This document shows positions 1 through 8,478 of a DNA stretch of 50,789 bases, piece by piece (within the stretch, counting starts at the first letter, position 1; each line of letters starts with the position of its first letter). The notes below the pieces were generated by a model. It had not been told where the DNA came from. It made no database searches and worked only from the letters and a program-made list of their open reading frames with translations. Where the stretch lies: contig RGYU01000002.1 of assembly GCA_010031885.1 (NCBI GenBank), forward strand, positions 1 to 50,789, given 5' to 3'. Made by a program: the position numbers and the translations under genes. This DNA is from Chlamydiota bacterium (GTDB lineage Bacteria > Chlamydiota > Chlamydiia > Chlamydiales > RGXB01).

Positions 1-134
1 CTAGCTCAAAAAACATTTAGGATTTTTATGCAAATACCTAGTACTTTAAATGCGTCTCAAATCATAGAGAATTTGTTGACACCCACCCACAGCCGTTTGA
101 ATGAAATCATCCAAAGGATTGCCAATAGCTCTAT

Positions 135-665
135 TTATCGCCCTACCCTGGAAAAGTAACCAACTGCCGACGCGCAAACAATGGATTTTACTGCATCCCC
201 CAGGATAAAGGGGAAAAATCCCAAAGAAAACCCCTGAGGAATTCCAAGGAAAAGGGCCAAACCTAGGGCACCTAACAAATCCAGTAGGCAAGATAATAAC
301 AAAAAGCTCGCAGCAACTCCAACTCCCCTTTCCTTCAATGATGAAGCTAATGTAGCAACAACAAAATATCCGAAAAGATAACCAAATGTTGGTCCAAATA
401 GCCCTTGGCTAAAATTTCTGGCAGTGACTAGAAATGAATGTTCACACGCACCAAAAACTAGAAATAGAATTAAGGCAAAACATGTCCGCCTTGAACCCAT
501 GACCCAAGCGATCAGAATCACTAATTGAGGTCTAAGTGCAAGCGGAATCGGATTCATCGGCATAAACAGAGAAATTTTCCCTAAAAAACCAATCAAAAGA
601 GCCAGAAAAAACACTATCACAATTTCCTGAATGGATTGTCTGGTTAAACTAACTGCCTTTTCCAT
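135..665 (-). CDS. bioY: BioY-family biotin transporter (S-component), 176 aa polytopic membrane protein
   Basis: About 5-6 hydrophobic helices. Motifs GPTFGYLFGYF and PFILGDAVK match the conserved BioY core as I recall it. The start ATG overlaps the fabF stop by 1 nt (TAATG). Confidence 0.7.
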   Translation of the reverse strand: MEKAVSLTRQSIQEIVIVFFLALLIGFLGKISLFMPMNPIPLALRPQLVILIAWVMGSRRTCFALILFLVFGACEHSFLVTARNFSQGLFGPTFGYLFGYFVVATLASSLKERGVGVAASFLLLSCLLDLLGALGLALFLGIPQGFSLGFFPFILGDAVKSIVCASAVGYFSRVGR

Positions 666-1930
666 TATTCACCCTCATATTTTGAGAAAACAAGTGATAC
701 GTTATGTCCGCCAAATCCAAAAGAATTTTTCATAACGGCACGCATCGTTTTTTGCTGTGCAATATTAGCGGTCAAGTCAAAATCTCCCACCTCATCAATC
801 GGTTCATTTAAATTGATTGTTGGTGGAATTTTACCTGATCGCATCGCCATAATTGCAAGTATAGCTTCAAATGCCCCACTAGCTCCCAAACTATGACCAT
901 GCATCGATTTTGTTGAGCTGATATGCAGGGATTTTTCACAACCCTTAAAAACATTTGCAATAGCCATCATCTCGCTAATATCTCCTTGATAAGTCGATGT
1001 CGCATGAGCATTGACATATCCAATCTCTTGTGGGCGCATATTTGCGTCTTCTAAGGCCAGTTGCATGGAGCGAATAGCACTTTGAGCTTTGAGGTCCGGT
1101 AAAACAATATCATACGCATCGCATGTAGTTGCACCCCCCTTGAATTCAGCTAGAATTGGCGCACCCCGCTTCAGGGCGTGTTCATAGGATTCAACAACCA
1201 ATACAGCAGCTCCAGAACTCATCACAAAACCGCTGCGCTGTTTATCGAAGGGTCTTGATGCACCCGATGCATCACCTTCCCAACTTGAGAGAGCCCTGCA
1301 GGCAAAAAATCCCGAGTATCCTGGGATGCCCATAGCAGCCTCAGATCCCCCTGCAAGGACAAAATCTGCTTTGCCTAACTCTATAAGTTCTTTTGCAGCC
1401 AATAGAGCATTGCTTGAAGTAGCACAAGCTGTAGAAATATCGTAGCAGGGCCCTTTAAGACCATATTCAATTGCAACTCTTGCACCCGCCATATTTACAA
1501 TAGAGTGGGCGATAAAAAAAGGGCTTATTTTATTGTACCCTTCGATCGTGAGGTACATATTATTCTCAATAGTGGAAAGTCCGCCCATCCCCGAACCAAT
1601 TAAAACAGCCCCCCTTGTTTTATCAATTCTGTCTTCAAAAGGAAACATTGCCGCATTTTCAAGAGCTATTTGTGAGGCAATCAGGGCGTATTTCATGAAC
1701 GGGTCGAGTCTACGAATCTCTTTTTTTTCAATATTCGGTAGGTACTGTTCAATCGGAACCTCGATGGGGGGGGCGCCGACTGTGCGTTTGAAAGGTTTAT
1801 CGGGCGGAAAAACTTGGACATCTGTAATTGAGCTGATCCCTTGAACTACCTGTTCGAACACCTCTTCGGTATTGCTTCCGTATGGAGAGACCATCCCTAC
1901 CCCTGTAATCACAACCCTTTTTTTACTCAC
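665..1930 (-). CDS. fabF: 3-oxoacyl-ACP synthase II (beta-ketoacyl-ACP synthase II)
   Basis: Active-site Cys region DISTACATSSNAL, His motifs NAHATST and HGHSLGASG, and C-terminal NSFGFGGHN. The ORF is open to 1972, but a GTG at 1930 (VSKKRVVITGVG...) gives the usual N-terminus and a GTGA overlap with the rsfS stop. Confidence 0.93.
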   Translation of the reverse strand: MSKKRVVITGVGMVSPYGSNTEEVFEQVVQGISSITDVQVFPPDKPFKRTVGAPPIEVPIEQYLPNIEKKEIRRLDPFMKYALIASQIALENAAMFPFEDRIDKTRGAVLIGSGMGGLSTIENNMYLTIEGYNKISPFFIAHSIVNMAGARVAIEYGLKGPCYDISTACATSSNALLAAKELIELGKADFVLAGGSEAAMGIPGYSGFFACRALSSWEGDASGASRPFDKQRSGFVMSSGAAVLVVESYEHALKRGAPILAEFKGGATTCDAYDIVLPDLKAQSAIRSMQLALEDANMRPQEIGYVNAHATSTYQGDISEMMAIANVFKGCEKSLHISSTKSMHGHSLGASGAFEAILAIMAMRSGKIPPTINLNEPIDEVGDFDLTANIAQQKTMRAVMKNSFGFGGHNVSLVFSKYEGE

Positions 1931-2277
1931 TTGGCCTCGATCTTTAAATCTACGATTTTTCCCCCTCTCCAAAGAGCTTCAAGGTCATAAAACTCTCTTG
2001 TATCAGGCAGGAGGATATGAACAATCAAGCCAATAAAATCTAGAACAATCCATCTACCATCTTCAAAACCTTCAGAGTAAGTAAGTTTTTCTCCAAGTTG
2101 GCGTAATTGATCCTCGACTTCCCTTGCTAAAGATTTAACGTGCTTATCTACATTACCTGTAGCGATGATTACAAAGTCAGATATCCCTGAGACAGATTTG
2201 ACATCAACGCAAAGGATGTCTGAGCCCTTTTTATCGTATAATGCTTGAGCGACAAGTCGTAGTTTTTCTAGATCCAT
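1927..2277 (-). CDS. rsfS: Ribosomal silencing factor RsfS (Iojap family)
   Basis: 116 aa. Typical RsfS pattern: DFVIIATGNVDKHVKSLA ... WIVLDFIGLIVHILLPDTREFYDLEALW. Confidence 0.9.
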   Translation of the reverse strand: MDLEKLRLVAQALYDKKGSDILCVDVKSVSGISDFVIIATGNVDKHVKSLAREVEDQLRQLGEKLTYSEGFEDGRWIVLDFIGLIVHILLPDTREFYDLEALWRGGKIVDLKIEAK

Positions 2278-2398
2278 ATGGGCATAGATTATACCGATTT
2301 TGTGTTAAATCCGTCTATAATGAATTTGAAATAGAGTTGATTTTTATGTCTTTTTCAACAAAAGCAGATTTGAAATTAGATGTTGTCTTAATCTAAGC

Positions 2399-3355
2399 CT
2401 AAGCTGGTTTTTCCAGATTTGCCTCTAGAGAAAGGTCTTGAATTACTTTTTGGATAAAAGCCTCTTGTGAAATCATTTCAAGGTCAATTTGTTCAAAATA
2501 ATCAAGCCTTTTAAAAAAAGTGAACTGCCTTTTTGCATAGTTGCGATTTGCCTGTTGCAGCTCTTCAACCATTTTTTCAAAACTCAGCTCCCCCTTCAGG
2601 TATTTTAAGGGTTGCTGGTAAGCGATTGCTTTTTTTGCGTTCAGATTTGTTTCTATCCCTTTTCGTACTAAAGCCTCTACTTCCTCCAAAAGGCCATTTT
2701 CGCACATAAATTTTGCACGATGGTTGAGTCTTTCATAAAGAACACTTCTTGGTCGATAAATGAAGTAGGCTTTGGGAACAAGTTCTTTCAAGTGACCCGA
2801 TTTGATTTTCTCTTTGAAATCAGAGACTTTTTTTTGTGTAGTCACCAAAATCTCATTTGCGCGTAAAATTTTATGCCTATCATTTGCGGTAATTGTCTGG
2901 GCGTATTTTGGGTCCTTTTTTAATAACAGGGCATAAAGCTCATTTGTGGCCAAAATTTCCAGACGGGCCCGTACGGATGTATTTGAAGGGGGTGTGGTTG
3001 CAAGCCCCTCAAATAGGGCTTGAAAATAGAGCCCGGTACCACCGGCAAAAATGGGGAATACTCCCCTCTCTTTCATGTCGACTAGGATCTTTTCAACATG
3101 TTGTAAAAACTCTGCGACATTAAATGGAGCGGTAACATCATGTACATCAATCAGGTGGTGGGCTACCCCATCCATTTCTTCAACTGTGGGTTTTGCGGTG
3201 CCGATATTCATCCCTCTATAGACCTGGGCAGAATCAACGGTTATGACTTCACCATTAAGCCTTTTGGCAAGTTGAATCGCCATAGCAGTTTTCCCCGCAG
3301 CCGTCGGGCCAGCCAAAAAAAGGCAATTATATGGAAATGTATTTTTTGAGTTCAC
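2399..3355 (-). CDS. miaA: tRNA dimethylallyltransferase
   Basis: P-loop GPTAAGKT near the N-terminus, DSAQVYRGMNIGTAKP motif, 318 aa. Confidence 0.92.
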   Translation of the reverse strand: MNSKNTFPYNCLFLAGPTAAGKTAMAIQLAKRLNGEVITVDSAQVYRGMNIGTAKPTVEEMDGVAHHLIDVHDVTAPFNVAEFLQHVEKILVDMKERGVFPIFAGGTGLYFQALFEGLATTPPSNTSVRARLEILATNELYALLLKKDPKYAQTITANDRHKILRANEILVTTQKKVSDFKEKIKSGHLKELVPKAYFIYRPRSVLYERLNHRAKFMCENGLLEEVEALVRKGIETNLNAKKAIAYQQPLKYLKGELSFEKMVEELQQANRNYAKRQFTFFKRLDYFEQIDLEMISQEAFIQKVIQDLSLEANLEKPA

Positions 3356-3650
3356 TTTTGGAGGGGGATATTTTTAAAACTTTGTCAAGCCCGGCATAGT
3401 GTAAAATGTACTTTAGGTCTTCCGATGGAGATAATAATACCAGCTTTGTTTTTTTTGTGTAAGTGATCAAAATCCTTAAACCGGCACTACTGATGTAATC
3501 CAGCTGAGAACAATCAAGGACAATTGCACTCCTATTTTCACTTAAACATTTTTTGAGCTCTTCTTCAAGATATGCGGCATTCGCAAAATCCACACGTCCA
3601 ATGATTTCGAGGAAAGTTACCCCGTTCTCATCAAAGCGATTGATGCTCAT
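3327..3650 (-). CDS. STAS-domain anti-sigma-factor antagonist (RsbV/SpoIIAA-like)
   Basis: 107 aa. LDCSQLDYISSAGLRIL contains the phosphorylatable Ser context (D-x-I-S-S-x-G-L) typical of SpoIIAA/RsbV. The position between the ftsQ-like gene and miaA matches, from memory, the chlamydial rsbV2 neighbourhood. Confidence 0.75.
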   Translation of the reverse strand: MSINRFDENGVTFLEIIGRVDFANAAYLEEELKKCLSENRSAIVLDCSQLDYISSAGLRILITYTKKTKLVLLSPSEDLKYILHYAGLDKVLKISPSKSELKKYISI

Positions 3651-3727
3651 TCTAATCTCCGTTCTAAACTCAAAATCTTAAAAAACTTATTTTAAAGCAA
3701 GCGTTAAGATTCAATCTAAGGATTGCC

Positions 3728-4558
3728 TCACCTGTTTTTTCCAATCAAATTGAATGTAAAGGGAAAAAATGGATGGAAAATTTTAAGCTCGTCGCCCTGT
3801 TTTTCCAGAGTTTGCAAAAATCCCATCCCTTTTTTAGATAGATCCAACTTGATCACCTGGTTGATCCCGACAATAGGGACGGTCTTTAAAAAAGCACATA
3901 ACTGACGTATCCCTTCATCGAGGTGATCTGCATTGAGCTTTACCAATAAAGCTTTTCCCCCTCCTTGCCACCTTAATGCCTGACTAAGACCAAGTAAAAT
4001 TCCCCTTTTGGGGGGCATTTTTTGGATTGAGGAGAGATCGATCCAAATAAGCTGTTCTTGGTATATCCCCTTCAATTTATTGATGATCTTTAATAAACCA
4101 GAGTCTATTTTTTCCCCCAGCTTCCAGTTTTTTTGGTGCCCTAAATAGACAATTGGGACGTTTTTTGGGGTTTGAAATGGGTGTAGGGTAAGGGCAAAAC
4201 CCTCTGAATTAAGACCTAAATTATGGTAATCCCCAAGCTCAAAGGCGACTTTTTGCATTGAATAGTGAACGTAAATGGATGAAGGGGGATACATTTGAGC
4301 CGATAGGGTCCTAAAAAGGGGGTGATGATCACTCTCTTTAACCTCAAAATTGCTAAAAGTCCCTAACCTATGTTTTTTTAGATAAGAGACCAGCCATCTA
4401 GGATCCAAAAAGTTAGGGTGTTCACAGCTAAAAAGGATTGAATCAATCTCCTGTTCCAAAGGCTGTAACCTGAAGCCGAAAAAAAACCCTGCGATTGCTA
4501 AAGAAAATACCCCCCCTAGAATCAGGATTAAACGCTGGACATAAGACATTCGTGACAA
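3728..4558 (-). CDS. Bitopic membrane protein, candidate FtsQ-like (POTRA) division protein
   Basis: Short cytoplasmic N-terminus and a single TM (LILILGGVFSLAIAGFFFGF). A POTRA-like pattern follows (YPPSSIYVHYSMQKVAFELGDYHNLGLNSEGFALTLHP...VPIVYLG). It sits immediately downstream of murC, where ftsQ sits in dcw clusters. There is no sharp motif, so the call rests on topology, pattern and position. Confidence 0.45.
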   Translation of the reverse strand: MSRMSYVQRLILILGGVFSLAIAGFFFGFRLQPLEQEIDSILFSCEHPNFLDPRWLVSYLKKHRLGTFSNFEVKESDHHPLFRTLSAQMYPPSSIYVHYSMQKVAFELGDYHNLGLNSEGFALTLHPFQTPKNVPIVYLGHQKNWKLGEKIDSGLLKIINKLKGIYQEQLIWIDLSSIQKMPPKRGILLGLSQALRWQGGGKALLVKLNADHLDEGIRQLCAFLKTVPIVGINQVIKLDLSKKGMGFLQTLEKQGDELKIFHPFFPFTFNLIGKNR

Positions 4559-5832
4559 ACCTGATCTATAGTTCCTGCACCAATAAATAATAGAATGGAA
4601 TCCGGCTTTACCAATACGCGTATTTTTTCTGAAAGTTCCTCTCTAGATGTTACCTGAATTTTTAAACTTTCGGCCAACTTTTCAGATGAACCTTCAAAAT
4701 CATAGGGTTCCATAGCGGCGTAAGTGTCTAGTAAGATCAAAGAATCGGCAATTTTTAGCGCCTCAACAAAATCGGAAAAAAAAATTTTTGTTCTTGTAAA
4801 CTTATGGGGTTCAAAAATTACAATCAGTTTTTTTTCATATTGCCGCTTCAAGCCCTGAAACGTTACGCTCAATTCTTTAGGGTGGTGGCCGTAATCAAGA
4901 AACGTTGGCAAACCCATAAAAGGTTTCATCCTTTCTAGTCGCCGTTTTACGCCTTGGAAAGTAGAAAAGGCCTGCTGTATCAATTCGTGGGGCACCCCCA
5001 AACTCCTTGCCATAGCGAAAACAGCAACCGCATTTTTCACCTGGTGAATACCTATGAGAGGAATGTATAAATAATCCAACTGAAACCCGTCACGCCGATC
5101 GTAAATGGAAAACTCGGTTCCGTCTTTGAACAATTTCAAATTGAAAGCTTGGATATCCCCTTTTTCTATTCCGTAGCTGACCCCCCTTCCCACCAAACCA
5201 TGATCCTCATCTTTTGCAAAAAAGAAGAGCTCAGGATTTTTAATTGTCGCCAAAAACTCCGTATATGCACCTTTCAAGCGCTCAAAATCACCCCAAAAAT
5301 CGAGATGATCCGGATCCACGTTTGTTAAAATAGCCCCTTGAGGATGCAGGCGTAAAAAAGAGGCGTCACTTTCGTCCCCTTCGACAACAAACCCTTTGGT
5401 ACCGTCCTTTCCATTTAGATTCGAATTTTTTAAAACACCGCCAACACTAAAACCCCAAGTTGGATCATGACTTGTTAAAACATGTGCCAGCAAACTAGAG
5501 GTAGATGTTTTGCCATGTGCCCCTACCACAGTTAAAATAGGACAGGTTCCTATGGTTTTTTTTAAAAGGTCTACACGGTGGATTTTGATTTCGGATTTTT
5601 TTAATTCGGGATGGTCTAGGGGAATCCTTGAATGAAAGACAGCAGTGCTTGATTTTTCCACATAGTCCGGGCTATGACCTTCAAAAATTTGAGCACCTAA
5701 AGATTTTAAAAAGGTTGTCCTCTCATTCAAACTCAGGTCTGAACCACTCACAGGGATATTTCTAGATAGCAAAATGCTTGCAAGCGAGCTCATCCCTATA
5801 CCGCCTATTCCAATGAAATGATATCGCTCCAC
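4528..5832 (-). CDS. murC: UDP-N-acetylmuramate--L-alanine ligase (stand-alone, not fused to Ddl)
   Basis: N-terminal HFIGIGGIGMSSLA Rossmann-like motif, ATP-binding GAHGKTSTSSL, 434 aa. Confidence 0.92.
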   Translation of the reverse strand: MERYHFIGIGGIGMSSLASILLSRNIPVSGSDLSLNERTTFLKSLGAQIFEGHSPDYVEKSSTAVFHSRIPLDHPELKKSEIKIHRVDLLKKTIGTCPILTVVGAHGKTSTSSLLAHVLTSHDPTWGFSVGGVLKNSNLNGKDGTKGFVVEGDESDASFLRLHPQGAILTNVDPDHLDFWGDFERLKGAYTEFLATIKNPELFFFAKDEDHGLVGRGVSYGIEKGDIQAFNLKLFKDGTEFSIYDRRDGFQLDYLYIPLIGIHQVKNAVAVFAMARSLGVPHELIQQAFSTFQGVKRRLERMKPFMGLPTFLDYGHHPKELSVTFQGLKRQYEKKLIVIFEPHKFTRTKIFFSDFVEALKIADSLILLDTYAAMEPYDFEGSSEKLAESLKIQVTSREELSEKIRVLVKPDSILLFIGAGTIDQVCHECLMSSV

Positions 5833-6794
5833 TTTAACCCTTTTTGCATTCGGTTTTCCCCTTTTCTTTGTAAATTCAAGATACGAAAAAATTCGGGGAT
5901 TATTTCATTTTTTTTCTCTTCCAAAACAATTGTACCAATACCACCATTATTTAAAAAATTTACCCCATTATCCAACTGATGTAAGTTTGCCCCCTCAAAT
6001 GGTATAATCAGTGTGGCGACTTGGTAATGCAGCAGTTCTTTTAAAGAGGAAGCACCGGCTCTGGAGATAGCTGCATCTGCTATCGTCATCGCACGATCTA
6101 AACTAGAAGAAAAAGTCTCGACAAACGCAAGTATTTTATGTTTTTGGTAGAGATCTTTGAAGACGGCAGGATCATTTTTAGGCCCAACAAAATGGATAAT
6201 TTGAAAGTCGACAAAAACCGCCGCGTGCTCAAGCACAAAATCATTAATAAATTTAGATCCGCTTGAGCCTCCTAAAATAAGTACAACTTTCTTTTCAGGG
6301 GTGAGCCCAAAAAAGCGGTAGCATTCGGCAGAATCATACGATTTCAAATCTGGGCTCATGATTATGCCCCTATTGGGATATTGCAAGGCTAAAGATTCCT
6401 CATAGCAAAGAATCTTATGAGCAAAGAATGAAAAAAATCGATTTGTCTTACCCATTTTTGCGTTCGGTTCAAAAACCCAAATCGGTTTGCCTAATAAAAG
6501 GGCAACAATAGTTGCAGGAAAACTGTGAAAACTTCCAAAACAAATGACAATTTTTGGGTTTTTTTGTTGAAATGCAACGAATGCATCCCAGCAAGATTTC
6601 AGTAGATGAAAAATTTTTTTTGCCCCATTTAAAGAGACTATTTGCAAATCACTAAGTTGTAAAAAAGGGGAATCTTTTAAACCGATTCCGATCAAAAAAA
6701 TCCGATCTTTAGCGACCTTAGCAGCCTGAATTGCAGGATTGAGGTGGCCAAATGTACCCCCTACACTGAGTGCAATTTGTTGATTCCACGACAT
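5805..6794 (-). CDS. murG: Undecaprenyldiphospho-muramoylpentapeptide beta-N-acetylglucosaminyltransferase
   Basis: GGTFGHLNPA (G-loop 1), ILGGSSGS, SRAGASSLKEL. Located between ftsW and murC. Confidence 0.88.
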   Translation of the reverse strand: MSWNQQIALSVGGTFGHLNPAIQAAKVAKDRIFLIGIGLKDSPFLQLSDLQIVSLNGAKKIFHLLKSCWDAFVAFQQKNPKIVICFGSFHSFPATIVALLLGKPIWVFEPNAKMGKTNRFFSFFAHKILCYEESLALQYPNRGIIMSPDLKSYDSAECYRFFGLTPEKKVVLILGGSSGSKFINDFVLEHAAVFVDFQIIHFVGPKNDPAVFKDLYQKHKILAFVETFSSSLDRAMTIADAAISRAGASSLKELLHYQVATLIIPFEGANLHQLDNGVNFLNNGGIGTIVLEEKKNEIIPEFFRILNLQRKGENRMQKGLKWSDIISLE

Positions 6795-7873
6795 CTAAAT
6801 TCCTCAATTTCGATCAAAACACCAATTAAAATTGCATTTGCTATCAAAGATGATCCCCCCTGACTCATTAATGGGAGGCTTGTTCCTTTGCTCGGTAATA
6901 ATCCAGACACAATTCCCATATTCAAAAAAGCCTGAATAGCAAAAACATAACTCAATGCAGCAGCGAGAAAGAAAGCCTGCTTGTCATTAGATCTCAATGC
7001 CACCACAAATCCTAAAAAAGAGATGCTTGTATAGATCAGAATTAAAAATACAATCCCGATTAAACCAAATTCTTCTGCAAAAATTGCGAGGATGTAGTCA
7101 CTTCTTGCCTCAGGTAAATAGTTGTATTTTTGCAGGCTCTGTCCAAGACCTTTCCCATGAAGGCCCCCAGAACCTGCTGCAATTTTAGCTTGGTAAGGTT
7201 GGTGACCTTTTCCCAAAATATCGACCTCAGGATCCATATAAATTTGGATCCTATTCTGCACGTGGGGCATTTTTGAAGCGAAAACAACACCGATAGAGAT
7301 GAAAATAAGGATTGGAACCAACCAAAATCTAAAAGGGACACCCGTCAAAAATAAAAGCACAATCAGAGTCGAAACTAAAATCAATGCGGTACCATTATCA
7401 GGTTCAATCATGATAAAAAAAATAGGAATAACAAGAACGAAAAGCACCTCTAAAAATCTTTTCAAAGAGGATAAATTACCCCTTTTATCAAGATACCAAA
7501 GGTAAAAAAAAGGGAGAATTACCTTCATGATCTCAGAAGGCTGAAAGGTCAGGCCAAAAAGCTTAATCCATCTTTTTGCCCCATTGATCGTGCAGCCAAT
7601 TACAGGAAAAAATACCAACAATAAAAGGATCACAAACACCACAAATAAGGGGAGAGCATTCTCCAAAAGCTTTTTGTGTCCTACACGATAGACAACACAG
7701 GCTATTAATGCTCCCAAAAGTCCGTAACTTGCTTGCTTGAGGAGGGAATCAATCAATCCAAATTCATGCAAACGATCCAACAATTCCCCTGATGTTGTAT
7801 TGTAGACCATAACAAGTCCTAGCGAGAATACAATCAGAGTTAAGTTAATCAGAAGCTTTGAGATCAGGCTCAT
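6761..7873 (-). CDS. ftsW: SEDS-family peptidoglycan glycosyltransferase FtsW/RodA
   Basis: About 10 TM helices. Motifs QPSEIMKV and LLPSKGTSLPLMSQGGSS are characteristic of SEDS proteins. dcw position. Confidence 0.9.
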   Translation of the reverse strand: MSLISKLLINLTLIVFSLGLVMVYNTTSGELLDRLHEFGLIDSLLKQASYGLLGALIACVVYRVGHKKLLENALPLFVVFVILLLLVFFPVIGCTINGAKRWIKLFGLTFQPSEIMKVILPFFYLWYLDKRGNLSSLKRFLEVLFVLVIPIFFIMIEPDNGTALILVSTLIVLLFLTGVPFRFWLVPILIFISIGVVFASKMPHVQNRIQIYMDPEVDILGKGHQPYQAKIAAGSGGLHGKGLGQSLQKYNYLPEARSDYILAIFAEEFGLIGIVFLILIYTSISFLGFVVALRSNDKQAFFLAAALSYVFAIQAFLNMGIVSGLLPSKGTSLPLMSQGGSSLIANAILIGVLIEIEEFRCRGINKLHSV

Positions 7874-8478
7874 TGGATCCTTAGTTGATCACCAGGTTTT
7901 AACCGTTTAGCCTTTTCCTCATCGAGATTATTCAAACGGAGCAACTCATCGACTTTCATGTGATTTTTCATGGCAATCGTCCAAGGATTATCGCCATTTT
8001 TTACGGTGTAGTACTTTTCCTGCCCTTTTTTCGCCCCTTTAGCCAATTTGAGGACTTGGCCGATTTGTAAGCGTGAGTCGATTAAATGGTTCGTGCGCAT
8101 GATTTCTTCTACACTAAGACCGTAGCTCCTTGCAATCTTGTCTAATGTGTCTCCTGCACGCACAATGATATCTTGGGGTATATTTTTGCTGATAGGGCTA
8201 GCTGGATCTTGTGCTACAGGCTCTTCTTTGACCTTAACAGCCTTGTCAATGTCGGGCTTTTCTTCAAAAAGATGGGTTTGTGTCAATTTCATAAGCAATT
8301 GATCCACCTCATCGACCCCCTCTTTTTTCCCCCCATCTAACTTTTGAGCGGATTGAACTACGACCTCCTCTTTCAAGGCTTGAGGAAGCGTATCATTTTG
8401 CCGTCCGGTAAAAAACACAAAAAATAACAGGATGCAATTCATCAGAACTGTGACTAAGATAGCATCTTTTTTTCCCAT
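7870..8478 (-). CDS. Membrane-anchored protein with two LysM domains (NlpD position, no M23 peptidase domain seen)
   Basis: N-terminal TM (AILVTVLMNCILLFFVFF). LysM 1: IIVRAGDTLDKIARSYGLSVEEIMRTNHL...IGQVLKL. LysM 2: YYTVKNGDNPWTIAMKNHMKVDELLRLNNL...LKPGDQLRI. No HxxxD or HxH metallopeptidase motif is present. Confidence 0.8.
   Translation of the reverse strand: MGKKDAILVTVLMNCILLFFVFFTGRQNDTLPQALKEEVVVQSAQKLDGGKKEGVDEVDQLLMKLTQTHLFEEKPDIDKAVKVKEEPVAQDPASPISKNIPQDIIVRAGDTLDKIARSYGLSVEEIMRTNHLIDSRLQIGQVLKLAKGAKKGQEKYYTVKNGDNPWTIAMKNHMKVDELLRLNNLDEEKAKRLKPGDQLRIQ

Noticed and set aside
46-291. 81-aa minus-strand ORF at the window edge
   Set aside because: It overlaps the 3' part of bioY in another frame, has Pro/Gly/Cys-rich unstructured composition and carries no motifs. 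It is most likely a shadow ORF. The first 134 nt contain nothing I can support as a gene.
1533-1844. 103-aa plus-strand ORF
   Set aside because: It lies entirely antisense within the strongly supported fabF gene and has no recognisable features.
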